DNA of 26,251 nucleotides, from IMG/VR virus record IMGVR_UViG_3300025828_000162, positions 1 to 26,251 of that record; one strand, given 5' to 3'. Both the position numbers and the translations under genes were made by a program. The notes beneath the pieces are model-generated. The model ran no database searches and had not been told where the DNA came from. It was given only the letters and a program-made list of their open reading frames with translations. This stretch comes from a virus. Its lineage: Duplodnaviria > Caudoviricetes. Shown in pieces: positions 1 through 8,354 of the stretch (the stretch's first letter is position 1; each line of letters opens with the position of its first letter).

Positions 1-903
1 ATTTATCCATTGACTTATGTTACCAGTTTTATTTGTTAAATTATCTGAAGAACTTGCAGTTATAAACCCTGCTGTATTTGTATCAATTACTGTTTGAACT
101 TTTGCATCAGTATAATATTTATTTGTTCCTTCAGCTAAATCAGAAGTTGTTTTACCAGATAAATCTAATGTAGTTGAAATAGAAGCATCAGCAGTACCAT
201 CAAAACTAGCAGATCCAGTTATTGGGCCTGTTAATGAAATGTTTCTAGAAGTAGCTAATCTTGTTGCTTGATCAGCAGAAGTTACAGCATCATTAATTTG
301 TATATATGCACTTCCTGACCATCTATAAACATCACCTGTATCTTGAGCAATATAAATTTTACCTGTTTCACCAGTTACTGGAAATGAAGCAAAATTAGAA
401 TATTCTTCAACATCATCAACATAACTAGGTAATTGTGCAGCTCCAACTTTACCAGTACCATCTAAACCAGCATAACCATTTATTTGATTTTTATTACTTG
501 TTTGTTCAAATTGTGTACTATCCAATCCATCTATAGTTCCTGCATCAACATTTAAATTATTAACAAATGTTGTATCTACACGTGCATCTATAGCTGCATT
601 CATTGAACTAGTATCAACTGTACCGGATGGGCCTTGTGGGCCTGTTGCTCCTTGTGGGCCTGTTGCACCTTGTGGGCCTGCTACACCTTGGATACCTTGA
701 TCACCTTTAGCACCAGCCGGACCGGTTGGGCCTGTTAAACCTTGTGGGCCTGTTGGGCCTGTTGGGCCTTGTGGGCCTGTATCACCTTGTGGGCCTTGTG
801 GGCCTGTTTCCCCTTGTGGGCCTGTTTGTTTTGAAACATTTACAACTGGAGCTTCTCCATCTACTTTTATAATTGGAGTATTTCCATCTACAATAATTGT
901 CAT
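1..903 (-). CDS. Collagen-repeat tail fibre protein (3' end truncated by window edge, >301 aa)
   Basis: Not in ORF track. ATG at 903 after an AAGGA SD; frame open to base 1. [27 protein letters not shown], 23 Gly-X-Y triplets, then fibre motifs [107 protein letters not shown]. Confidence 0.9.
   Translation of the reverse strand, partial: MTIIVDGNTPIIKVDGEAPVVNVSKQTGPQGETGPQGPQGDTGPQGPTGPTGPQGLTGPTGPAGAKGDQGIQGVAGPQGATGPQGATGPQGPSGTVDTSSMNAAIDARVDTTFVNNLNVDAGTIDGLDSTQFEQTSNKNQINGYAGLDGTGKVGAAQLPSYVDDVEEYSNFASFPVTGETGKIYIAQDTGDVYRWSGSAYIQINDAVTSADQATRLATSRNISLTGPITGSASFDGTADASISTTLDLSGKTTSDLAEGTNKYYTDAKVQTVIDTNTAGFITASSSDNLTNKTGNISQWIN
616..822 (-). repeat. Collagen-like (Gly-X-Y)23 coding repeat
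   Basis: Uninterrupted GPQ/GPT/GAT-type triplets; the 9-nt unit GGCCCACAA recurs. Confidence 0.95.
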
Positions 904-918
904 AATTATTTATTCCTT

Positions 919-1368
919 TTATTGAGGTTGATATCTTATTACAAATACAAACCTTAATGATTTTTTAACTTCAGGACTACCTGCAGCCCATTGAACTTTC
1001 ATAACCACAATATATGGTGATGTATCATCAGGAGCAGCTGTAAAACTACCTTGATCTGATAATAATGTTTCAGGAACTAATAATTCAAATTTACCAGCAG
1101 TACCAGTATTATATATAAGTTCTGCCTTTGTATATGAATGCTTTGTTGCAGTAGGTTCTTTTGTTAATGAATCAATTACAATAGATCCTCTTTTTCTTGT
1201 AACAGTTGCTTCAAATAATTCAGCTTGTATATCAAAAGTAGTAGCTGCATCACTAAAATCTATAGTTCCGTCTTCTACTGATATTAAAAATTGATTACCT
1301 TCGGCTACTTCTCGAGCAATAATATTATCTGCTCCTCCTAAGTAATGTTGTATGTTTGATATTCTCAT
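919..1368 (-). CDS. Putative tail/baseplate fibre-adaptor protein (beta-rich, BppU-N-like)
   Basis: Strong AGGAG SD; 149-aa beta-rich protein directly upstream of the fibre gene. Function inferred from position and pattern only. Confidence 0.5.
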   Translation of the reverse strand: MRISNIQHYLGGADNIIAREVAEGNQFLISVEDGTIDFSDAATTFDIQAELFEATVTRKRGSIVIDSLTKEPTATKHSYTKAELIYNTGTAGKFELLVPETLLSDQGSFTAAPDDTSPYIVVMKVQWAAGSPEVKKSLRFVFVIRYQPQ

Positions 1369-1394
1369 ATTATCTCCTGTAGGTTAGTTATGAG

Positions 1395-1422
1395 TAAATA
1401 TATATCTGTGGACATATATTTA
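1395..1422 (-). terminator. AU-rich 12-bp hairpin after the 711-aa gene (weak terminator or processing stem)
   Basis: Minus strand TAAATATATGTC-CACA-GATATATATTTA with one G-U pair; no clear U-tract. Confidence 0.35.
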
Positions 1423-1427
1423 TTTTA

Positions 1428-3563
1428 TTAATTTTCTTTTACCCAAGCAGTACCATTCCATTTATAGATATATTCAGCCACTAAGACATCAGTATTGCTA
1501 TCTGTTATTGTATAAGTACTTCCTTTGTTAGTATAAATTGTTGCACCAGTATCATCAATTCCTAAAGACAAACCTGTGATATCACTATCATTGCTTACCC
1601 TATATGCTAAATATATTTTAGTAGAATAATAAATCATTTCAGATCCACTTATTACTGTGTCAGGTGTATCAACTGGTATATTATATATTTCAGAAACAGT
1701 TAAAGTTTCTGTATCAATAACATATTGTCCATTTGAATTAGCAATTATGTCAAAGAAACCATCTACTAATGCTGCAGAACCATTTGACATACCATCAAAA
1801 GCAAATTCTGGAGTTTTTATAGTAGCTACTTTATATCCTGGATATATTGTACCTAAAGTATTTTTAGTAGTTTGAAACCAAGAATAATCTGTTGCAACAT
1901 TTGAAAATACATCTTTATTAGCTAATGTTACAGATCTTAAACCATAATAATCTGGTGTTTTTGAACCTAATGTCGTAATTGAAGCATTACCAACACCTGT
2001 TGAAAAATCACCTAATGTAGTTCCTGTACCAGCTGAATCAGTTACAAGTAATTTAAATATATTATTTACATATCCATTATTAACTGCAGTAAATCTAATT
2101 TGATTTGAAACAGGTTGATCTTTTTCAATAGTCCAATCAGTTATAGAATTATTAATATTTTCCACTACATCTGCAATTGTATTTACAGCACCAGGTAAAC
2201 TTGGAACAAAACCAACAAAACTTTTATTATAATTAGCTGAAGCGCTTCCAGGTTTAAATACTTGAATATTAGTTTTACCTGCATCATCAATATTGGTTTG
2301 TGTTGTACCTAAACTACCTTGTGTAACAGTTTTAGTAATATTTAAATCAGAAAAAGATACATCTAATCCTATATCATCTTGAATTGTTGTAGTCCAATTA
2401 ACTATATCTGAATTACCTGAATCAATTGAAGCAGTTATATATCCATTTAAAGCAGAATTTAATGCATCTCTAAACTCAAGTGCAGCATTAGTAGAATTTA
2501 AATTATTACTAAATGATGTAGCACTTCCGCCAGTAAATGTAACTTTACTAAATAAAGGTTGTCCATTTACAGTAGTTGTATATAAATCAGGGGCAACTAT
2601 AGTATATGTTTCATTTAATACTCCAGATCTTGTAATTGAAGCATTACCAAAAACAATATTTCCTGCATCATCTCCAGTAACAGATCCATTATTTACAGTA
2701 GCAGTCCATAATTGACTAGGATTTGAATCAAATGGAATTGCACCAGTAAATGTAATCTTTTTAGTTTCAGTATCATATGTAGCAGAATAATTATTAGGAG
2801 ATTCAGTATTATTGTTTATTAAATCAACTAAATCATTTCCAATATCATCTGATTGATCATCACTTTCTAAATTAGCTGCAACATTTAATGTTAATGTACC
2901 TGTTCCATCTGGTTCAGTTAAAGTTATACTTGTAGCAGCAGTAGTTCCAGCTCCATCAGTTTCATATTCATAATTGTGAATAATATTTGTACCATCACCA
3001 GCAACATCATTAATTGTAAAAGATGTAATTTCATTATCAGCTGTACCTGTATTAACTATTATTCCATAACCTGAAAAATCTACAAGACCACTATCTGGGT
3101 TTATATCAGATACATAACTAGGTAATGAAACAGATAGTCCACTTATACTTAAACCTAATATTGCTGTTCTAATTTCGTTTAATGCATCAATAGCACCAAT
3201 ACCGTTTGATAATGCAATATTATTTAAATATCCTAAAGTTCCTAAACTAACTGAATATTGTGTATTTGATCCTGAACTCCATCTTGTTTCTAAAGTAGGT
3301 TCAGTAGAATTATAAATATATAAATCATCATCTAAAATAAATTCTTTACCAAACCCAACAATATCAGCTGAATCTGAATAAGTGAATTGTGATGAATAAC
3401 CACCATCATCAGTAAATATTTGTGTATTTGTAGTTGTTACTACAGCAACATTAGTACTATCTAAAATATGAATATTTTTTAAACTATTTCTTATATTAAT
3501 ACCAGTAATAATATCTGAGCCTGACCATGTTCCTGCGTTTGCATAAACAGAACTGATTGCCAT
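1428..3563 (-). CDS. Tail-tip adhesin part C (711 aa): propeller-like N-terminus, four repeated beta/alpha domains, C-terminal YKWNGTAW motif
   Basis: AAGGA SD; T/S/G/N/D-rich virion composition; repeated helices DALNEIRTAI, DIGNDLVDLIN, AALEFRDALN, IADVVENINN. Confidence 0.75.
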   Translation of the reverse strand: MAISSVYANAGTWSGSDIITGINIRNSLKNIHILDSTNVAVVTTTNTQIFTDDGGYSSQFTYSDSADIVGFGKEFILDDDLYIYNSTEPTLETRWSSGSNTQYSVSLGTLGYLNNIALSNGIGAIDALNEIRTAILGLSISGLSVSLPSYVSDINPDSGLVDFSGYGIIVNTGTADNEITSFTINDVAGDGTNIIHNYEYETDGAGTTAATSITLTEPDGTGTLTLNVAANLESDDQSDDIGNDLVDLINNNTESPNNYSATYDTETKKITFTGAIPFDSNPSQLWTATVNNGSVTGDDAGNIVFGNASITRSGVLNETYTIVAPDLYTTTVNGQPLFSKVTFTGGSATSFSNNLNSTNAALEFRDALNSALNGYITASIDSGNSDIVNWTTTIQDDIGLDVSFSDLNITKTVTQGSLGTTQTNIDDAGKTNIQVFKPGSASANYNKSFVGFVPSLPGAVNTIADVVENINNSITDWTIEKDQPVSNQIRFTAVNNGYVNNIFKLLVTDSAGTGTTLGDFSTGVGNASITTLGSKTPDYYGLRSVTLANKDVFSNVATDYSWFQTTKNTLGTIYPGYKVATIKTPEFAFDGMSNGSAALVDGFFDIIANSNGQYVIDTETLTVSEIYNIPVDTPDTVISGSEMIYYSTKIYLAYRVSNDSDITGLSLGIDDTGATIYTNKGSTYTITDSNTDVLVAEYIYKWNGTAWVKEN

Positions 3564-3578
3564 TTTAAATTTCCTTTA

Positions 3579-4106
3579 TTAGTTAAATTGTCCACCACCA
3601 GTTGCAACAAAGTCAGTATAATCTATTGAACTTGTTTGTACAACTTGTGAACCTGTATTAGTATAAGTAATTACATTGCTATTAGAACTTGCAGTAAAAT
3701 TAGTTAAATTATTTATCGCTAAAGCTATAGCTGTAGCAGTACCTTCAACAGTTGAAGACATAGTATCTGTTAATGTACCATAGTCTGTTAAAGATAATAT
3801 CCATGCTCTAATCGGATTAGTAGTATTATCATAATTACTATCTAATGTAATTGTATATGTATTTGTTGTACCAGGTCTTGTTAAATTAATTTCTCTAACT
3901 TTTGTACTTGTAGTAACTTTTATAGTATCATTATCTTGTATTTTAATTGATAATATACCACTAATAGTTTCAACATCTTGAAATACTTTTTCAAATCTAT
4001 GATAATATTTTATTTTAGTTCCATTATACCAAACAATAATATTTTCATTTGTATCTACAATGTTATTGCTAATATCTAAATTTGATATTGTATCTAATAT
4101 TGCCAT
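3579..4106 (-). CDS. Tail-tip adhesin part B (175 aa), ends GGGQFN
   Basis: AGGA SD; N-half of short beta strands, C-half one copy of the repeated domain (GTATAIALAINNLTNFTASSNSNVITYT). Confidence 0.7.
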   Translation of the reverse strand: MAILDTISNLDISNNIVDTNENIIVWYNGTKIKYYHRFEKVFQDVETISGILSIKIQDNDTIKVTTSTKVREINLTRPGTTNTYTITLDSNYDNTTNPIRAWILSLTDYGTLTDTMSSTVEGTATAIALAINNLTNFTASSNSNVITYTNTGSQVVQTSSIDYTDFVATGGGQFN

Positions 4107-4126
4107 TATTTTATTCCTATATAATT

Positions 4127-6697
4127 TTAATTAAATTGTGCACCACCTAAAGCGCCTAACAATGATGGTATTAAATAAATATTCCATATTTCTCCTTCAG
4201 TAACTGATGAATTATAAAGTAAAACATCATCTCCCATATTAGAAACATTAAAGTTTTCAACACCACCTGCATTTGTTCTTGCATAAAATGACCAAGTATT
4301 ATTAACCAATTTAAATGAAAACAATTCAGTATTAGACATTACATATGCAGTTGAAGTACCTATAGATACAGATCTTCCAAAACCGCTTGATACACCATCA
4401 GGAACTAATGAACTTAATTCTAAAGAACCATTTACTTTAACACTATTAGTTGAAGAATCTGCAGTTAAAAAACCAGCTGTATCCCAATCTTTAGCATTTG
4501 CAATTATTTTTCTAGATGTATCATTTTGTATATCATCAGCTAAATTAATATGTAATAATTCTTTTTGTGTTACATTACCTCTTGTTCCTGTAAAACTTAT
4601 TTCTTGTTGTTCTGTTACAGCAGTTCCTGAATTAAAATCAGATGGAAATGTTACAGATCCTGAACCATCAGTTCCACCTGTTCTAGTAATTGTATTAATT
4701 GAAGTACCAGCATAACCTATTTGTTGAACAGCAGGAGTATCATTAAATGTATCTCTCATATTAGATCCAGTATTACTATCTGCATATCTAATTTGAGTAA
4801 ATCTATTTACAACTCCATAAGGATTTTTTGTATCATTAGGATCAACAATAATTCCAGAAATACCTGAAGTAATACCTCCAGCACCTGGTCTAAATACACC
4901 AAAATCATAAGCATTAGAAAAAGCCCCTCTAGCAAATTGATTAATTGGCCTTACCCAAAATACTAATGTATCTGTAAAATCTATATCAAATACTTTGTGT
5001 CTAATTGTTGCACCTTCAGTAAACGGACCTGTTGATGTTCTAAATGAAATATTAAATTCTCTATCAGCAATAGGATCAGCAATACTATCTCCAACATATA
5101 TTTCAAATGTTTCTGTTAATCCTGTTGGTACAGTCCATTGTAATTCTACAAATGGTGTAGAAGAATCTGTATCACTACTAATTGATGTTAAATCAGTAAT
5201 TGTTCCAAAATTTCTAGGATTAGCTAAGTTTGTATTTGGAACTGTTTGAAATTCTGTTAATGCTTGTTCTGCATATGCAGCAGCATTATATTCTTGAGCA
5301 GTAATATAATATCCTGATACACCATCAGTATTCATTTCAGTTTCAGTAATAGAATTAATTTTAAACAATTTATTAGTAAAACCATAAGTGTTATTTGTAA
5401 CTGATATTATATCTGTAACTTGTAATGCTAAAGCCCTTGTATCTGTTTTAAATGATACAATTAAATTATCTCTTGATTTTTTAATAATAACATTAGCGAC
5501 TCTTTCAGCCATAATATTATTATTTATATATTTTAATCTTGTGTCTTGAACTAATTCAGGTTCATTGTATGCTTTTTGATCACTAGCTAAAGTTAAAAAT
5601 ACTTGATCATCTTGAAATTTTTGATCAATAGAATTAAAAGAAATATTCATTTTATTTATGGTACTATTAAAACCATCATTAACTATAGTAACATCACCAT
5701 ACATATTATCAGGTGTAAATGACATTACAGATGTTCCTGTAGTATCAGAAATAATTTGAAATTTACCTAAATGATAACTAAATATACCTTGAGAACAAAC
5801 TACTAAATCAGAAATATTTAAATCCCTTGTATCATTAGTATTTAAAGCACCATTTGTTGTATATCTTTTAGCACTTACTGTTGCTCCATTTTTATCTGTA
5901 TGTGAAATTAAAGTATCACAAAATGTTTTATGAGCAGCAAATGAATCTAAATCAATATCGTTGTCTGATAATACATCACCACAACCATAAAAACTATTAG
6001 TTAAATAATCTAATAAACATTCAGCTGGGTTATTTGAATAAAAAGTATCAGTTGATAAAGTACTTCCAGTAAAAGTCCTAACTAATTTACCTTGAACTTC
6101 TGCACCTAATTTAGTTGTTAAACCTGTTACAGATTCATCTCTATTATATTTTAATTCACAATACAAATATGCAACATTTGGCATTGTTCTATTTTCAGCA
6201 TTGGTGTTCCATTTAGAGGAAAATGTTTCCATAGGAGAACATCTACCACCAGCTTTAAATTTTTTAACTATTAAATTTCCATTTAAAAAATTATCTGTAT
6301 TACCATCTGGATCTGTTGCATTTGTTACATTACCATCACTATCTAATGTTAATCTAAAATTATCCCAATATACATCATCAATACTTTCAATTGGCCCCTC
6401 ACATAATGAAATAATAAATGCCATTGTTTGGTTATCAGATGTTATATCTGCAAATGTAATTGAACCAAATACTTTACCTCGTCCATAAATAACAGGAAGT
6501 TTATTATTAGGGTCTGATGCAATTCTTTGTCTAACTCCTGGATCAGGGGCTGTTTCACCAACACCTGCATTTGGAATATCTGGAGCAAATAATTTATTTG
6601 CGATAAATGAAACTGCTACTGACAATGCAAATCTAGCTATCATTCCTTTAACACCTGCTGATGTAAGAACTGTTATAACTGGTGCAGCTGCTGCCAT
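4127..6697 (-). CDS. Tail tip / host-specificity protein (lambda gpJ-like hub, FN3-like domain, variable C-terminus), ends GGAQFN
   Basis: LPVIYG, LCEGPIESI, SNNPAECLLDYLT and ALALQVTDIISVT...FKINSI motifs; FN3-like VELQWTVP...FWVRPINQF; FG-GAP-like GFGRSVSIG near the end. Confidence 0.88.
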   Translation of the reverse strand: MAAAAPVITVLTSAGVKGMIARFALSVAVSFIANKLFAPDIPNAGVGETAPDPGVRQRIASDPNNKLPVIYGRGKVFGSITFADITSDNQTMAFIISLCEGPIESIDDVYWDNFRLTLDSDGNVTNATDPDGNTDNFLNGNLIVKKFKAGGRCSPMETFSSKWNTNAENRTMPNVAYLYCELKYNRDESVTGLTTKLGAEVQGKLVRTFTGSTLSTDTFYSNNPAECLLDYLTNSFYGCGDVLSDNDIDLDSFAAHKTFCDTLISHTDKNGATVSAKRYTTNGALNTNDTRDLNISDLVVCSQGIFSYHLGKFQIISDTTGTSVMSFTPDNMYGDVTIVNDGFNSTINKMNISFNSIDQKFQDDQVFLTLASDQKAYNEPELVQDTRLKYINNNIMAERVANVIIKKSRDNLIVSFKTDTRALALQVTDIISVTNNTYGFTNKLFKINSITETEMNTDGVSGYYITAQEYNAAAYAEQALTEFQTVPNTNLANPRNFGTITDLTSISSDTDSSTPFVELQWTVPTGLTETFEIYVGDSIADPIADREFNISFRTSTGPFTEGATIRHKVFDIDFTDTLVFWVRPINQFARGAFSNAYDFGVFRPGAGGITSGISGIIVDPNDTKNPYGVVNRFTQIRYADSNTGSNMRDTFNDTPAVQQIGYAGTSINTITRTGGTDGSGSVTFPSDFNSGTAVTEQQEISFTGTRGNVTQKELLHINLADDIQNDTSRKIIANAKDWDTAGFLTADSSTNSVKVNGSLELSSLVPDGVSSGFGRSVSIGTSTAYVMSNTELFSFKLVNNTWSFYARTNAGGVENFNVSNMGDDVLLYNSSVTEGEIWNIYLIPSLLGALGGAQFN

Positions 6698-6699
6698 AA

Positions 6700-7137
6700 T
6701 TAAATTTCCTTTTTATACATTGATTGAAATTCTTTATAGTTCAATTTATTAAAATTAATATTTGTTTTAGGTATAGAATAAAAAATTATATCTTTAACTT
6801 CTTTATGATTTTTTATTTCTTTTTCCAATTTTTTATTCATTCTATAAAATATAGATGAACCCCTTTTATTAGGATGAACCCAAGTTAATAAAATATGTAA
6901 TTGTGTTATATGTGGATTTAATAAATTAGGTATTTTCATTCCTAATAATACACCATCTATAACTCCATTTTTATCTTCTGATATTATTGCAGTTTTATCT
7001 TTTGCTATTGCTTCCATTAAACCTTTATAATATTCTGTATTATCTTCTTTAAATTGACCAAAGTCAAATTCTTTTCTGTGTTGTTCAAGTAATTTTACAC
7101 CTTGATCAACATCTTTATATTCTCCGATTCTTATCAT
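6700..7137 (-). CDS. GNAT-family acetyltransferase in the tail module
   Basis: 145 aa; acetyl-CoA motif A-like WVHPNKRGSSIFYRM preceded by the typical strands (IISEDKNGVIDGVLLG). Confidence 0.75.
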   Translation of the reverse strand: MIRIGEYKDVDQGVKLLEQHRKEFDFGQFKEDNTEYYKGLMEAIAKDKTAIISEDKNGVIDGVLLGMKIPNLLNPHITQLHILLTWVHPNKRGSSIFYRMNKKLEKEIKNHKEVKDIIFYSIPKTNINFNKLNYKEFQSMYKKEI

Positions 7138-7152
7138 TATATTTATTCTCTA

Positions 7153-7740
7153 TTATTCTTCTGCTCCAAACCTTGGATTAAAATTAACCATTGAAGCCAC
7201 AAATTCCATTGAAGCATCATTGCTTGTATATTGTTTAAATGAACTATCAGATGTAAACCTACCTGATTTAGTGTCTAATAAAGCACCTACTATATTTTTA
7301 CATTCAATACTTATATTAACATCACCTTCATTAGTGTTTTCTTCATCAACTGAATGTGAATTAATTATACCTTGCCATTTTTGATATACTTGGCCTTCAA
7401 TTGCTCCATTTTCATCATTCCAAAAAGCTTGATATATAGTAACTATACCACCAATAGCATTTACATTTTCTAAAGCAGCTATTATTGTGTTTGGTAAACC
7501 ATTTAATTGTATAGTTACTGAATTAGTTTTTACATCTTTAGTTTCTTCAACAGCAGATAAACCAATTATGTTTGATCCAGGTAAATATGTATCACCATTA
7601 TAAGTAATATTTGTATATCCTGTATTTAAAAATAAACTATCATTATTATCTGCAGTTACTTGAAATTTAATTAATTGAATTGGATAAGTTTTAGTATTTG
7701 ATACTTCAGCTAATGTTGTTGAATCTATTGACTTTACCAT
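7153..7740 (-). CDS. Tail tip/baseplate hub protein (gpL/DUF2163-like)
   Basis: ITYNGDTYLP, GLSAVEET, VTIYQAF, RFTSDSS...DASMEFV pattern; position between Dit-like gene and tip protein. Confidence 0.7.
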   Translation of the reverse strand: MVKSIDSTTLAEVSNTKTYPIQLIKFQVTADNNDSLFLNTGYTNITYNGDTYLPGSNIIGLSAVEETKDVKTNSVTIQLNGLPNTIIAALENVNAIGGIVTIYQAFWNDENGAIEGQVYQKWQGIINSHSVDEENTNEGDVNISIECKNIVGALLDTKSGRFTSDSSFKQYTSNDASMEFVASMVNFNPRFGAEE

Positions 7741-8354
7741 TATAATATCTCCTGAAAATTAAAACTATCATAAGCATAATAATTATATCCTGGGCCAGGA
7801 ACAACTGTTACATTTGGTCTTCCATTTAATAACATTTTAAATTGTACACCATTACCATAAGTAAATGTATTACCACTTACAATTGGGTTAATTGCACCAG
7901 TCATTAATTTAAAAGTTAATAAATTACTTGAAGCATTTGCATCAGCTTTAATTTGATAAACTTTTGTGCTTGAACTAAATTGTATAAAATCACCAGCTTT
8001 AACATTGCTTGAATTATCTACATTAGCCAATTGAACGTCTTCTCCACTTGTATTTGCATTAACAATATCAATTGACAAACCAGATTGTGCAATTATAGAT
8101 CCATTAGCAAAAGTTAAATTAATTGTTGATGGTAAATCAGTTGTTTTAAAATCTATTCCATCTGTTATTCCTAATAATTCTGCTTCAACCTCATCATATT
8201 TCGATTTAGTTAATAATGGTAAACTTACTTCCATAGAATAAAATGTTGGACTGCCTCTTTCAATTCTAGCATAACCTGAATTAGATATTGATCTTCTAAC
8301 TCTGGCAGCTCTATTTAATGAGACACTATTTGTATATTCAAATATTTTTGACAT
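7740..8354 (-). CDS. Distal tail protein (Dit-like)
   Basis: First gene after tape measure (TAATG overlap); VKAGDFIQF...KVYQI insert and terminal FNFQEIL. Confidence 0.7.
   Translation of the reverse strand: MSKIFEYTNSVSLNRAARVRRSISNSGYARIERGSPTFYSMEVSLPLLTKSKYDEVEAELLGITDGIDFKTTDLPSTINLTFANGSIIAQSGLSIDIVNANTSGEDVQLANVDNSSNVKAGDFIQFSSSTKVYQIKADANASSNLLTFKLMTGAINPIVSGNTFTYGNGVQFKMLLNGRPNVTVVPGPGYNYYAYDSFNFQEIL

Noticed and set aside
616-822. Regularly spaced GGGCC repeats as a CRISPR array
   Set aside because: Nine-nt periodicity fully explained by Gly-X-Y coding; no unique spacers of CRISPR length.
3564-3581. Stop read-through fusing genes B and C (15-nt in-frame spacer)
   Set aside because: Two consecutive TAA stops plus a good SD and ATG for C; the A-B junction (20 nt) is out of frame.
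3555-4106. Shared MAI N-terminus of B and C as a specific signal
   Set aside because: Many structural genes here start MA(I/L/V), including portal, capsid, tube and TMP, so it is not distinctive.
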